A stretch of DNA of 64,000 nt from Lepidodermella squamata (Eukaryota; Animalia; Gastrotricha): assembly GCA_047495785.1 (NCBI GenBank), contig JBLDXI010000032.1, positions 2,480,001 to 2,544,000 of the forward strand, in the 5' to 3' direction. Shown in pieces: positions 40,149 to 52,864 of the stretch (position 1 is its first letter; the number at the start of each line of letters is the position of its first letter). Below the pieces are notes generated by a model. The model was given only the letters and a program-made list of their open reading frames with translations. It was not told the origin of the DNA and did not search any database. Made by a program: the position numbers and the translations under genes.

Positions 40149-42285
40149 ATGAAAGAAGCTAAAAAGCGCAAAATCGATTCCAGCGCCGTCAAAGCATCGA
40201 AAGCAGCTGTCGAAGTTTCTGTCAAGAAGCAGGAGGTTGAACTGAATGATGACGATGATTTTGAGGTAGATGGACTGGCGTTAGCTGAACAAGATCGCGA
40301 GTATAAAAGCAGGAATTGCCCTTACCTGGACACGATCAACCGGTTGAGTGACTAATTTTTCAGCATTGCGTTTGAATACGTCTGAATACGTAATTTATAG
40401 GTCACTTCTCGACTTCGACTTTGAAAAACTGTGCACCGTCACGCTCACTCATCTCAATGTCTACGCGTGTCTAGTTTGCGGCAAATATTTTCAGGGCCGA
40501 GGCCCGAAGTCGTACGCTTACATTCACAGCGTTGAGGAGGATCACCACGTGTTTTTGAACTTGGAAACTCATCGCTTCTACTGCTTACCCGATAATTACG
40601 AGATCATCGACTCCAGCTTGGCGGATATCGTTTTCGTACTCAATCCTACATTCACAACAGCCGAAATTTCGCTGCTGGACTCTGAAACGGCGCTAGCGCG
40701 AGCGCACGATTCAACGTTGTACCTTCCTGGTGTTGTCGGTCTCAACAACATCAAAGCCAACGATTACTGCAATGTGATACTCCAGGCTTTCAGCCAGTAG
40801 GTTTTTTCTACAGCGTCTACCATTTTTTAATTTGCAAATCGTTTAAGGAAATTGAAATAATTTTTTGAAATTAAGTCCACTGGGGAGTCTTCCATCCTTT
40901 TTATCTACGATTTTACCGAAGAAACTGAAAATTTACCGGAGAAAACACCGAAAACCCCGATGGAACTGGTTCGGTAATTTTCGGGTTTTACCTGGTTGAA
41001 TCAGATTTTCTCGGATTAGTTTTAATCCCATTCAAAAGAGACACTTGATTACTATTCTTATATGGCATTTTAGATTTGTCTAAGATTTTTCTGGCCATTT
41101 CCTCTCCCAATTTATAGTTTCTGATACCTTTTCTATGCATTACCTTTGTTTGTTTTACATGCTGTAAAACGTACTTTTTGAATCAAATTTTTCTTTTTTT
41201 TACAGTGTTTCTCCTTTGAGAAATTATTTCCTCACCGAGGGCAATTATCGCGCAATTTTGGCGGCTAGACCGCCAGGCGATCAGTTGTACCTGGTTGTCC
41301 AGCGATTCGGCGAGTTGATTCGCAAGCTGTGGAATCCTAGAAATTTCCGTGCTCATGTTTCTCCCCACGAAATGCTTCAAGCAATCGTGCTGTGCAGCAA
41401 AAAGCGATTCCAAATAACTGAACAAGCGGATGCCGTCGATGTTTGTGATTGCTAAAATTCGAGTAATTCATTTAACTAATTATTCAATTTTAACAGTTGC
41501 TGACATGGTTTATCAACGCTTTACATGATGGTTTGGGCGGTGACAAGGGTCGCCTGCCATTACCAGCTGGGAAAAAGTTCAAATCGATCATCGCCAGCAC
41601 GTTCCGCGGTCAGATGCGGGTGTGGTCTCGGAAAATCCCGCCGGAAACCAACACCGAGGAAGAGCGGAGAAAAATGGTGGAATCTGATGCCGAATACGCT
41701 GAAACAGTGAAAGACACGCCGTTCTTTTTCTTGACATGCGAACTACCCGCGCCGCCACTTTATCCTGACGCCATGAAAGAATCCATAATTCCTCAGGTGC
41801 CCCTGGCAACGTTGATGGCCAAGTTCGGTGGAGTTGTTGAACGCGAGTACAAGACACACAAAGAAAATTTCATAAAGCGATATCAATTGCGAAAACTGCC
41901 GCCTTATCTGATCGTGTGCTATAAGCGCTTCAATAAAACGTATTTCGTTCACGAGAAGAACAACACGATTGTCAACTTTCCGATTCGGGATGTCGACTTC
42001 ACGGATTTGTTAGCGCCTGAATGCCGCGGGCAAGGCGAGTATATTTACGACCTGGCTGCTAATATCATTCACGATGGCGAGCCTGGGCCTGGTAAGGGGA
42101 CTTACCGAGTTTTTGTTCTTCACAGAGGCTCTGGCAAATGGTTCGAAATGCAAGATCTCCATGTCCGAGAAATTCTGCCGCAGACGATTCCTCTTTCTGA
42201 ATCGTACATACAGATTTGGTCACGACGTTCTGCCACCGAGTCCAAGGCGAGCGAAGCATCCGCTGCCAAAATGGAACAGTCTTAG
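40149..42285 (+). CDS. USP39: U4/U6.U5 tri-snRNP protein USP39/SAD1, 4 exons
   Basis: CPYLDTINR, LDFDFEKLC zf-UBP, GLNNIKANDYCN, HVSPHEMLQA, EKNNTIVNFP. Confidence 0.97.
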
Positions 42286-43145
42286 CTCAAATTTCAGTAG
42301 CGCATTACGCTATTTGAGTGCGATACTTGCAGTTGTATCTGCTGACCTTTATCATTTACGGCACTAGTAGTGGAATGTGACTGAACGTTGATAAGTTGAT
42401 ATACATACTTTTGCAGGATGATCTTTCGAAATTATATCGAAACGCGGAAAAGAATTAATAAACTGGAATTGCTGGAAACTTTTTTACATCTTTGAGTTCG
42501 GAAAATGTCCAGGTTCGAGGTACACAGGTACCAGAGCTCCACTTTAATTCTTGCTTTTATCGATGGAGATTGAAATTGGGTCTTGCTTTTAGCGGAACCA
42601 AATTTTGGAATTTCAATGGGCTTAAACCCATTTTCGAAGCCCTTAAGGATGTCATGATTGATCGGCATAATTTTAAATAAATTATCTTCAAATTCTGTAT
42701 AAGACGCATTCTTGACTATAGAATTCATAAATTGCCTTAATTTCGTGGAAATATTAGAAAAGCGTTTTTTTCTTATCTAAAATTAGGTTCCGCAACATGT
42801 GGATTTGGTTCCGCTAAAAGATAATCTGATTGAAATTGTCACCCATTTCTTCATTTTCAATTTTCAGGTTTTTTCACGAGTTGGCGATTATCGAGATGAG
42901 CAAAATCTCTTTATTTGTTTTGTTTTAACGATTTTATTGTTTATTCATTCGATTTCGATTCGACGGTTTTATGCAAGCCTTGATCACTGAACCTTAAAGG
43001 CCTAATAAATTAGAATCCACGCGATAACGTCGAAATCGAATTTCTAGCTCGAAAGTAAAAAATAATTTACACACAACAGAAAACAGGTGCATCTTGCGCC
43101 ATGAAAATGAGAATGTATAGGTCTTTTTGAGCACACGATTGTCGA

Positions 43146-44488
43146 CTACAATAGAACAGCTCGGGTGATGATTGAGGCAACGCAGGAATTGGCGAGTAAG
43201 GATTGAACATTAAATGAGCTGATTTTTGATGAAATCGAGGCGGCTTGTTGATTGAACTCGTATTGATCGTCAAAATGGCCGTTGCAACCATCGTGATCGC
43301 TGCAACATTCGCTTACGATCACCCTGGGATCAGCAAGCGGCGAAGGTGTTCCGGAATAATGCGGGCATGACTCGGCACAACTTTGTAAAATTGATCCGTC
43401 ATCTTTTAATTCTTTCTAAAAATGAAAATTAAATGGTAAAATCTTCAATTTTCTTCGGTTTGGTGAACCTACGTAGCAAAATTTGGCTGCTGCATCGCAT
43501 GTAACCAGTTCAGCAGTCAACGATGAATTACAATGATCACAAACGAAACATCGTTTTGGTTTTGATGTTGAAGAAGGTCGTGTTCTGGACTTCTTAGTCG
43601 TCGATAAGGCCTTGGTTGTGGGCAACGTTGTCGATTTCGCTTTCTTGGTTTTCGGCGCGTGGGAGACTGATTTTGCTGTAGTTTTAGCGGAAGAGCTAGA
43701 GGAGGCGGTAGTTGATCTCATTGCGGTCGAAGTGGCAGCGGTAGTAGTCGACGTGAAATTTGCTGTTGTTGAAGCTTTTGTTGGGGCAGTCTTGGTTATG
43801 TAAGTCGTCCGAACGGATTTGGTTGTTTTTGCTGTCGCGGCGGTTGATTTCACCAGGTTGGTAGTCGATGTTCGATTTTCAGGTAAGCTCGTGTTTGCTT
43901 TCATTATATTCGTTTTCTTAGTAACTGCGATGCGAGCAGGCCTGCTGGCGAAAGACGTCGATGAATAATTACGCGATGGGTGATAAGTAATTGGAGGTGG
44001 GTCAGGATCCGTATCTTCCTCGCTCAGCTTATTACAGCCATTGGTTGAACAACACTCGACCCTTGACGTGCGACCATTCAACGTGAAAGTTCCGTTCTCG
44101 CATTCATCGGAACAGCTCAAAAATCGTGCACCATCCGCAAAAGTTTCTTTCTAAAATTACGAAAACTAAATTAATTCCTTTACGTAAATTCTGAATAATG
44201 TTTACGAAGCAAAAGTTCTCTCCTGGCAAACACTCTGCCAGTCGAGGTCCATCCCAGTCATCATCGTTTGTAACGTTACATGGCGAACAAATATAGCATT
44301 TAATGGAGCTCTTTTGCAGTCTCAAAGAGTGAGCCAAGTAATCCGGATCATCTAAAATCTACCTAAAATTATAGGCCTTTCGAAACAGGGAGAACTGTCC
44401 TACCTTTGGCACAGCTACTCGGTCCGATACAGTTGATTGAAATCGCTACGAAAAAAAGTAGCTTCCTTAATAATTTCAAGGCTCTCAT
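43146..44488 (-). CDS. Secreted or GPI-anchored protein: Ly6/three-finger domain, Thr/Ser/Lys mucin stalk, second Ly6 domain
   Basis: Signal peptide; IKCYIC...ECCSTNGCN; T/S/K-rich linker; KRCFVC...ECCSDHDGCN; hydrophobic tail; 4 exons. Confidence 0.8.
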
Positions 44489-46630
44489 CTCTTTTGCTGC
44501 TATACCAGAGCAATTGTTAAACAAGAGATTTAAAAGAATTAGATGTTATATGTAAAATGAACGAGAATATAAGCGATGATATTGTTAATTGTCTTCATCT
44601 CTCGCTGTTTCTTTAATTGTACTTTCTTGACTGCATACAGCAGCGCACGTACATCTTTAAAGATTTCGAGAAGCGGCTCGCTCTTTTCTATAACAAACAT
44701 CGACTGTCCGATGTTGCGACAAAACATAACCTCGCCGTTTTCGAGAGTAACGACCGCGAGCGGAATTAAACACGGTGTAACTAGTACGAAATTCTCTGCC
44801 GAGCCGTAATAAAATAATGCACAGTTAGTAGCACTGTTGTATTTATGTGTGGGCTGTGACTTGTTTTACCTGAATGCGCGCGTGCGAGTCCCGCGCGACG
44901 TTTGTTGCTACTGCCAGGCACTTGAAGATTTCAAGTCCCGACGTCAGGTCGCTTCACTGTTGGTAGGCAGGCAGGCACAGGTATTATCAGGCAATACCAC
45001 TGTCGCAGAACAAAATGGCTGCTCACCGCAGATTTAGCACACATTTGACGCATAAACGACTGACGCGCGTTTGTTGCATTTCAATAATAAATTCCGGCGG
45101 CTATACTAACTGTACGTTTCGCATGTCTGGCACTGTATAAGGCGACGAATCTCGACAAAATGCCGTATAAAACACAAACATTACACCTGTTTTACTAAAA
45201 TTCTGCCGCAAAAAAGACAAGAAATTGAGAAAACACGTGTTTTAATAATGATGTATAAAATATTGTTGCGTTTTATCTCTTCAATAGCGCCAAGTCGTAC
45301 ACTATTGCTCATGCACAACCTATCATTAATACCCGGCTTGTTTTTCTCCCAACAAAGCGCCGGAGATTCAAGGTGGAATTAAGTTCTCAAAAACCCCGAG
45401 ACAAACCAGCTGGGACTGGTGGAACGATGGCTGGCGGCGCTGGGGCGCTGTGGTGCTGTGGAAGAGCATGCGAGTTGTCGTCCAAGTGGCGCGTATGTTC
45501 CTGGTAGTGGTGCTCCCGGAAGATGGCGTGGCCATAGCTTGTCAAATAAAAATTAAACATATTGGAATCACCATCGACGTAAAAATAACCGAAAAAGAAA
45601 CGAAAATTAAGTAAATTATTATATAAACCAGCGCATGTTCGATGTTCCAGCGCGTTGAACCCCGTTTGAAAAAATACAGGGCTATGTCTTCTAATTCGTA
45701 AAATGCGGTATGAGCGACATTATTAATGCACGCCGTTCGTTTACCATCCTCGATCCTCATCCAAGCTTCAGAAGAATTCGAAAGAGTCAATCGTCCAAAT
45801 ACCTTTCGTAATTTTTCGTAAAGGCAAAGAGTTTGACGCAGGCGAAGCTTATTTTGGTTTTCCCACAGAGGAGATTGACAAACATCTTTGACCGTCGAAT
45901 CGCCGCATTTTCGCCGTTTCAGATTCCAGGCGCTATGAAATGTGCCCCAAGCAACTGTTCTCCAAGCAACTGCTTCCGAAGCAACATTTGGCCGAAAACC
46001 CGAAAGCAGTGAAAACGTTCCCTTCTTTTTAGTTTGAAACCTTCCAAACTTCCGACCGTGGACCGTGACCCGAGACTGCGATGACCGCAAAAAAAACCGC
46101 CGAACTGGTTATATCCGACGGAAAATGCTTGCAGCTATTATATGTTATATCTCAGAAATTCGCGAAGAAATTAATTTATGTATTGAATTCACATTTATTT
46201 TTTTAGTTAATAACCTTGACTTGCCGCTATGTTTCCGCTGGCGACGTGTCGTGCATCAGATTGGCTCGGGACTCTGGATGGGCGCGGCTTTCGATAATAA
46301 CCGAAAATCGATAACGAGTGGGGTTATAGGTTAGCGCAACCCGTTGCCGGTTGTGTGGCATGTTAGTCGCGTATCCATTGTCCAATGTCCAAAATCTCAA
46401 CCTGGCCCATAAGCTTGGGCACACCTTTAATCCGCAGGAACGGAAGTGGAGATCTTTTGATGCGTCTCTTCTTTTCTTAATTAGCCTTGAAGTGAACAGC
46501 ATTTACTATTCTCTCTGAACTATAGACAAGGGAGCAGCTTTCATCTTCAGTTCGAATTCTCCTTTTTCTTCTTTTCCCTTCAAGATACAAGCTTTTAATC
46601 TATAATCTATTACCACCGATTATAGGACTA

Positions 46631-48438
46631 ATGCATTTGCGAATTTGCATTGTTGCTGTTTTATGTTTTGTTTCCCTGCCCGCAAAAGCAGACGATGGCG
46701 ACGAATTTGATGATGTTGAAACAACACTGGATACGAAAGCCGAGGGAAAGCCCCTGGAGTTAGGTGGTCATCATGCCAAAGCAACCGAGAATAAGGATGT
46801 TACGGCGGAGTCAAATCCTGGAGAGGATACCAAGCACGTAGTTTCGTCTGAAAAGCCAAGCGTCAACGACGAGGTTAATGGTGACGACGCCGTTACTTCT
46901 GGCAGTGTTAAAAAGAGAATATCTCTCCCACCCGACGAGAATAAAGTTGTGAAGAACAAAAGTGCGGCAATCGGCGTGACCAATGAGAGTGACAAAGGGA
47001 AGAAAATGCTGAAAGGTTCTTCAACTACTGCCGGTGATAACCATAATGACGAAGAGTCTTTAACGACCAAAAAGAAGTTGCTTGCAATGAAAGGAAGCCA
47101 GACAACCACTAAAGTTATCAAGAAACCAGACGAGGCTTCATCTGCCAAAGATGACCAGATTCAAAGCGACAATACCAATGCTACTCAATCAGATGAAGCA
47201 GGAATTACAGATGCTGCCGCTACCAAAAAAATGACGGAAGTGAAAAGTAGTAACCATTCTGTCAAGTCCTCGGACCAAACTACATTGAAACCCTCCGACA
47301 ATGCGAAAACAACCAGCGCAAATGGCTCCGTTAACGATACCATTTCTTCTTCCCCTTCCAATACTCCAGCATCACCTGAAGAAGCTGTCTCGCCTAAACT
47401 AGTCAAACAAACCACAGTAGATTCAGAAGCTACTACAGCACATGCATCCGAGGCTACAACAAAAGCTGCCGATGCAGTAACCAATGCTGCCGATGCTGTA
47501 GTTGAGCCCAAAACCACCTCTTCAGCACCGAAAGTTGAGGAAACCGAGGCTACCACGACGAAAGCATCCACTTCGACACGAGTAAAAACTACGACAACAC
47601 TAACTGAAGAAGATACCGGGGTTGGTGAAGGTGAAAATTCGGAAGAGGAGCATCCTCAAGCCCCTGCTCCAGTTAAACCTCCAGAAGGTCCAAAACCGCC
47701 TGTTGATAACGGCGGAGGTATGTATATTAGTTAATTAGTTAATTAGTTAATTACACTCCTATAATGTTTCGCAGAAGAAGAAATCGAGGATACTCCACAT
47801 GCCGATGGTCACAAAGGCTTGCCTAATTCTGACATTGGCAGTGACGACAAAGAAGAAACGTTGTACCGGCCAGTTGCTGACGACGACGATGCTGGCAACA
47901 CGCGCTTTTTCGTATTTCTGGTCATCGCGGTTGCCGTCGTTCTGCTCATCTACATGGCCTACATCAACCGGGCCAAGGTTCGATGGGTTGGTTTTTGATG
48001 TTGGGTGTCATAGTGCATGAATTGTCTCGTAAAAATTGTCTGTGTAAAATAGCACGCCAAACAAGCACCCAGTGTCAAAGCCCCATTTATTTCGACCGTT
48101 AACCATGCGCTAATTCGATTTCTTTCATTCAGGTCATGGCGATAATTGTCGAAGGCTGGTCTGGCCGAGGTGGCTCGGGCCGCGCTCGTTCATCTTCGGG
48201 CTCTCGGAGCAATTACCAGTATCAACCGCTGGCTACCCGGCCGGCGACAAGTGACGCCCGCCGGCCTCTGACTGGCGACGACCCTGATGAAGATGAAGAC
48301 GCTCACATTGTGATGTCCGCTCCGCTTGGTTCCGGGACGGGCGGTTCTAGTGGCCGTCGTTCGCCTGCTGCCAACCCTGATTCGGTGATTGTCGTCGACA
48401 AGAAAACGCTGCAAGCCGTTAAAAACTACGTGTATTAA
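46631..48438 (+). CDS. TGN38/TGOLN2-KCT2 family type I membrane protein, 3 exons
   Basis: Signal peptide, long S/T/E/K ectodomain, FFVFLV..TM..YINRAK|VMAIIVEG, YQPL motif, C-terminal KNYVY. Confidence 0.75.
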
Positions 48439-49735
48439 AGCGTTTACGATCTTCAAAATTATGCAAAGTTTGTTTGTCATTTCTCATCTCTGTTTTATAT
48501 ATCTAAAGGTGAGGAAAAATTATTCCACTGTTTCGTTCACGTGAAGCGTTAATTTGTGGCAAATCTATACGCTATGTTCTCATTCAAGCAATGTTTTATA
48601 TGTGTGCGACATGAGCTGGTCAATTTGTTTCTATTGAGAGAAAAACCTCAATTTGATTGGATTAGACAGGCACGTTGTTACTATTTTCAATCCTCGAACT
48701 CGGCCCTGTGAAATTAGCGATTTCGTTAAATACTTACTGAGACACAAAAAATGAAAGTATCCATGTTTATGTTCGTTTCCGGCTGCCAATCTGATGCGCT
48801 AAAGTACCGCATTTCGTGATAAAATATTTGAAAATATTGCTCCTTGCTGGATATTTCGTTCGTCAAATGCTATCGTAAAATAAATTTCAGTGATAAATCG
48901 AGGAAAAAGCTAACATCACCTCGATACCGAACAAAAATGCTAAAAAATTCGATTGTTTTGTACTAATAATTCGCTGTAATTAATGGTTGATTATTTTCTT
49001 GTTTTGTTTGCCTTTTTGCAAGATTAAAAATTGAGGGCGTTAGGAAGATGATAATTAAAGATTGATTGATCGGTTTTAAGCTGCTACTACGAATCGTTTG
49101 AATTGATTTTGATTGAAACATGAAAATTGTATTATATGAAAATATGAATTAAAATGTTGTGTATTTGCGCCATGAATCACCCGTATCGAATCGACAGCTT
49201 TCGGATTTCCCACTCTCGAAACATCTGCTCTCTATCTATCTCCATGGTTTTCCTCATTTCATGTTTTTCGTTGGTTGAAGTGCCGTGAGATGTATCAATC
49301 ATCATCATCATCTTTCTCGAAGGTATATATAACACAATGCGACAGATATACAGCGAAATGGTTATGTTTTAATAAAAAGCAAAGGAATGACTCGTCGCTT
49401 GTTTACAACTTGACAATTTAAACAGTAAAATGATTAGGCAGCTTCGGTTTCAACTTGACGAAGTTTTTTTCACTCATTTTTTGTCCATGCTTTTCAATTT
49501 AGCCCATGTCCTACCCAATGAATCATTTTTGAGATTTCAGCCAAAATGTTGAGCTGCGCGTTTATATAGCGCCGTGTTATTTCCTGTTTATGACTGACGG
49601 TAACGTGAGTTCCACTATCTGATAGTATACCAAACGCTCAGGTGCATGAATTAATTAACTGAGGAGAGTTAGATATTACACAGTGCATGAGTTTCATCCG
49701 ATTCAACCAGTCAATTTTTAAACACAACAAGAGTT

Positions 49736-50666
49736 ATGTGGAAACAGCTTTTAATTTCTTTGATTTTCGGCCTCGCATCGGCCAATCCTGTCTCTGAAAA
49801 TGCGGATCTCGTAATGCTGCATAACGGGACCTCAGTGCACACTGAAAATTCAAGCCATGTAGGCACCACTCAAGCTCAACATGAGCTTAGCTCGACTGTA
49901 ATTACCTCAAGCACTACCCCGGAAATTACTACCACGACAGAATCATCAACATCGTCTCATATTTCAACAAAATCTGAGTTGGATTTGGAGTCGACCGTCC
50001 ATCACGTAGAAATTTACCCACTAAGCGATGCAGATCCGTTCAATGACACATGGCTTCTCACGCATCACTCCAGTAAGCCTGAGATGACAAATCCTAATAA
50101 CGACCAGGGTATGTTGAAAAAATAGATCATATGTCGAAATATGTCCAATTTTCTCAGGAGAGCCGGCTGATTTTGTGAGCATAAGGAAACTGACGCGGCA
50201 AATAGCCGATACCGGAATGGTTCAATTTTCTATCTGGCTGATTGTTGGCTTGTCAGTAGTGATGGTTTTATACACGATCTGGGCATACAGAGATAAGGTT
50301 GGCATTTAATTACAATAGAAGAACGTGACAAGACTGGAAACATTTGCGTTGTTACAGATAGCTGCATTGTTCCGCCGTTTTTGCTTGCCGTCGGACTGGC
50401 GCTCGATCACGAATACGCCGCGAGATTCAAACCTCAATTACCAGGCACTCACCGCTGAAGCGAGTGCGAGACCTGCGGCGACTGAAATGGATCGATTGCC
50501 TCTGACACGCAATATGGACGTTGATGACGAGGATGAGGACGATTTTTTCGGCGCTCTCAACACGCGAACGCCACTACGCGTGGGTGGAAATAACGCCGGC
50601 AGTAGTAGACCGGGCTCCACTGCCAACCACAGTGTTCTGAGTTCTGTAAAGAACTATGTTTTCTGA
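49736..50666 (+). CDS. Shorter paralog of the TGN38/KCT2-like protein, 3 exons
   Basis: Signal peptide, S/T-rich region, TM..WAYRDK|IAAL, YQAL, acidic patch, VKNYVF; same exon layout as the neighbouring gene. Confidence 0.75.
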
Positions 50667-51128
50667 TTCTACGATACGCTCGAAATGGTGCTCTTAAAAG
50701 CCTTGCAAGTTTTCGGCAGCAAAGTTTATTGTAATGAAAAAACGAGTAAAAAATTCAGCTATCACTTAACGTCGGTTTTCTGCCTAAATGCGAAAAATGC
50801 CTACCTATAACATCAAGTATTGAAACTGTCAAATTCTAAGGAGTGATTGTGAAACTCAGAATCCAGGCTTCTAATACCGAAAAATCGCTGCTCGGGTTTG
50901 GTCGCACTTTTAAACCGAGTTCCAGGCCATAAAAAGAAAGACGCGAGAATCAATTGTCGATGCCTGGTATTCAGAGGTCAATTCAACTTTCGATATGCGA
51001 TGTGAAATTTTAGCCTCTTGTTTTGCATTTTGCATCATTTTGTGTTGGTATCGTAAAATCGACAATTATCAGCACATAAAAACGCTCAATTTTAACAAAA
51101 ATCAAGCAAATTTTCGAAAAATCGTGAA

Positions 51129-51287
51129 GGCTCTCCCAAAACTTTCAACGTCGGTTTCTTAGCGCCGAGTCATCGAGGAAGCAGGAGCTTAAAAATGATG
51201 CGCATTGATAATAATGATACTGCCCGAACCTGTGCGAAATCCCGCAAGTTTATTTGTCGAAAACTCATGTCAATGAAAGAAGCAAAA
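51129..51287. repeat. ~160 bp dispersed direct repeat, copy 1
   Basis: Shares cccaaaactt..tcttagcgcc..gcttaaaaatgatgcgcattgata..gatactgc..gcgaaatcc..aaactcat.tcaatgaaa with 53561-53714. Confidence 0.9.
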
Positions 51288-51365
51288 AAGTCACCAACAT
51301 CGTGTCATTAGACTCACAGATCGGGTGTTTTAGAGCTAAATCACAAGAGACACTAGTAAATGGTG

Positions 51366-52073
51366 TCACAATCCTCTCTCAAAGCCCGGAAGTCCATTTC
51401 CAAGAAGAAAATCGTGAATACGACTTGCCGTTTCAATGCGAACATAATTATTCGCAACATCAGCTGAGCCTTGAACCACTCCCACAACTGAGCCGCGGAT
51501 GTTAGCAACTGGTGAGCCGGCAAATCCAGGGTCGGCATATGCGGCAATGGTACCAATCGTTTCGTCCACACTCATCGTGGACACGTGACCAGTCGACGCA
51601 AATATTCCCTCTGAAGTGGGACAAAAGCCGAGAACATAAACTTTATCGCCTAGTCCACAAACACTTCCACCAAATGAGGCAGTCGGTGTTCTAGTTCCAC
51701 GAAAAACGGCTATATCAGGCTTTGGAATATGCGCAGCAGGTGTAGTCGCTGTGGTAGTGGGAGCTGCGACGAACTGAACTGGCTCAGTGAATCCATCGGA
51801 AAAGTATGTAACTTCGAATTCGAAATCGGAGGGTGATCGAAAAGGCGAAGTCAAGACAGATGGGTTATCTAATAAGATGTGACCAGCGGAAAGCAGTAGT
51901 GGACCAGATTTGTGGTACATGAAACAGGACATTGTAGCAACCGCAGAAGTCTTCTTGTCGATTCGACGCAGCTTTCCAACGAACGGCATCATTCGATTCC
52001 ATAGGCTTTTATCCTTATCTTGCTCAATAGATGCAAACGATGAAAACGTTAAATTAAATGCTTTAGTTGCCAT
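51366..52073 (-). CDS. Intronless trypsin-like (Trypsin_2 type) peptidase homolog, nucleophile Ser replaced by Ala
   Basis: LLSAGH (His), PDIAVF (Asp), GDKVYVLGF, DPGFAGSPV, VVGV. Confidence 0.75.
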   Translation of the reverse strand: MATKAFNLTFSSFASIEQDKDKSLWNRMMPFVGKLRRIDKKTSAVATMSCFMYHKSGPLLLSAGHILLDNPSVLTSPFRSPSDFEFEVTYFSDGFTEPVQFVAAPTTTATTPAAHIPKPDIAVFRGTRTPTASFGGSVCGLGDKVYVLGFCPTSEGIFASTGHVSTMSVDETIGTIAAYADPGFAGSPVANIRGSVVGVVQGSADVANNYVRIETASRIHDFLLGNGLPGFERGL

Positions 52074-52212
52074 TTCCTAAATAAGTAACAGAAATAACAG
52101 AAAATGAGACAGTAAGCAACATTTTTAGGTTTAGGCTCGATCAGAACATTTTTGAATTCAGACTTGAATGAATTTTTTTCTAAAACACTTAAATTTTAGC
52201 GAAAATTGGCTG

Positions 52213-52864
52213 TCTTTTTTCATTTTGCCAAACATCTTTTTCTATCTAACCAAAATTTGTATCTGTTAATTGTTAAATCTAGTGTAAATTCGCAATAAAT
52301 CTTTTTTCATCTTGCCAACGTCTTCTTTCATCTTGCCAACATGTTTATCAATATACTAAGTAAATTAAACACATTTTTAATCGGGCAATATTCCTTCCAT
52401 GGTTTCCTTTCAATCTAGCTCCTCGGGAGATTTTCAGCGACCATTGGTAGTACGGCGGCCACGGTCTAAGACTACGCTCCGCAACGCGACCATAACTGCG
52501 TCGTGCGGTACCGGGCGGCCGTACTATCCTTGGTCGATTCGAAGTTCCTAAAGAACAGGCCTAAATCAGCGGATGGGCTTGGCTTGAGGAACCGAATCGT
52601 GAGATTGATTTTCTCGACTACCCTAAGCGTACTGACCACTTGGGTGGTAGGCTATTGAAGATTTCGTAGTGAGACGCGTGGTCGCAAAAAAAACAATTGA
52701 AACACGTGGCAAGATGAAAAAAGATGTTGGCAAGATACAAAAAGACATTGGCAAGATGAAAAAAAGATTTTTCGTATTTTTCACGCGAGAAAATGCTAGT
52801 TAGATGAATAAAGATGGAAATTTTCAGTTAGATAGAAAAAGACATTTGGCAAGATGAAAAAAGA
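52213..52864. mobile_element. MITE/foldback-like element with long subrepeated terminal inverted repeats
   Basis: Left end tcttttttcattttgccaaacatctttttctatctaac is nearly the reverse complement of right end gttagatagaaaaagacatttggcaagatgaaaaaaga; ~20 bp subrepeats tcatcttgccaac / ttggcaagatga. Confidence 0.8.

Noticed and set aside
40740-40780. USP39 lacking a catalytic Cys
   Set aside because: Normal for the USP39/SAD1 family.
44539-46090. Minus-strand ORF fragments and a degenerate 15 bp repeat (ccaagcaactg) near 45945-45995
   Set aside because: Stops interrupt every frame and no consistent gene model emerges; probably decayed gene or transposon sequence.
52290-52770. Repeated 20-mers as a CRISPR-like array
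   Set aside because: Eukaryotic context, inverted arrangement and no unique spacers; these are TIR subrepeats.
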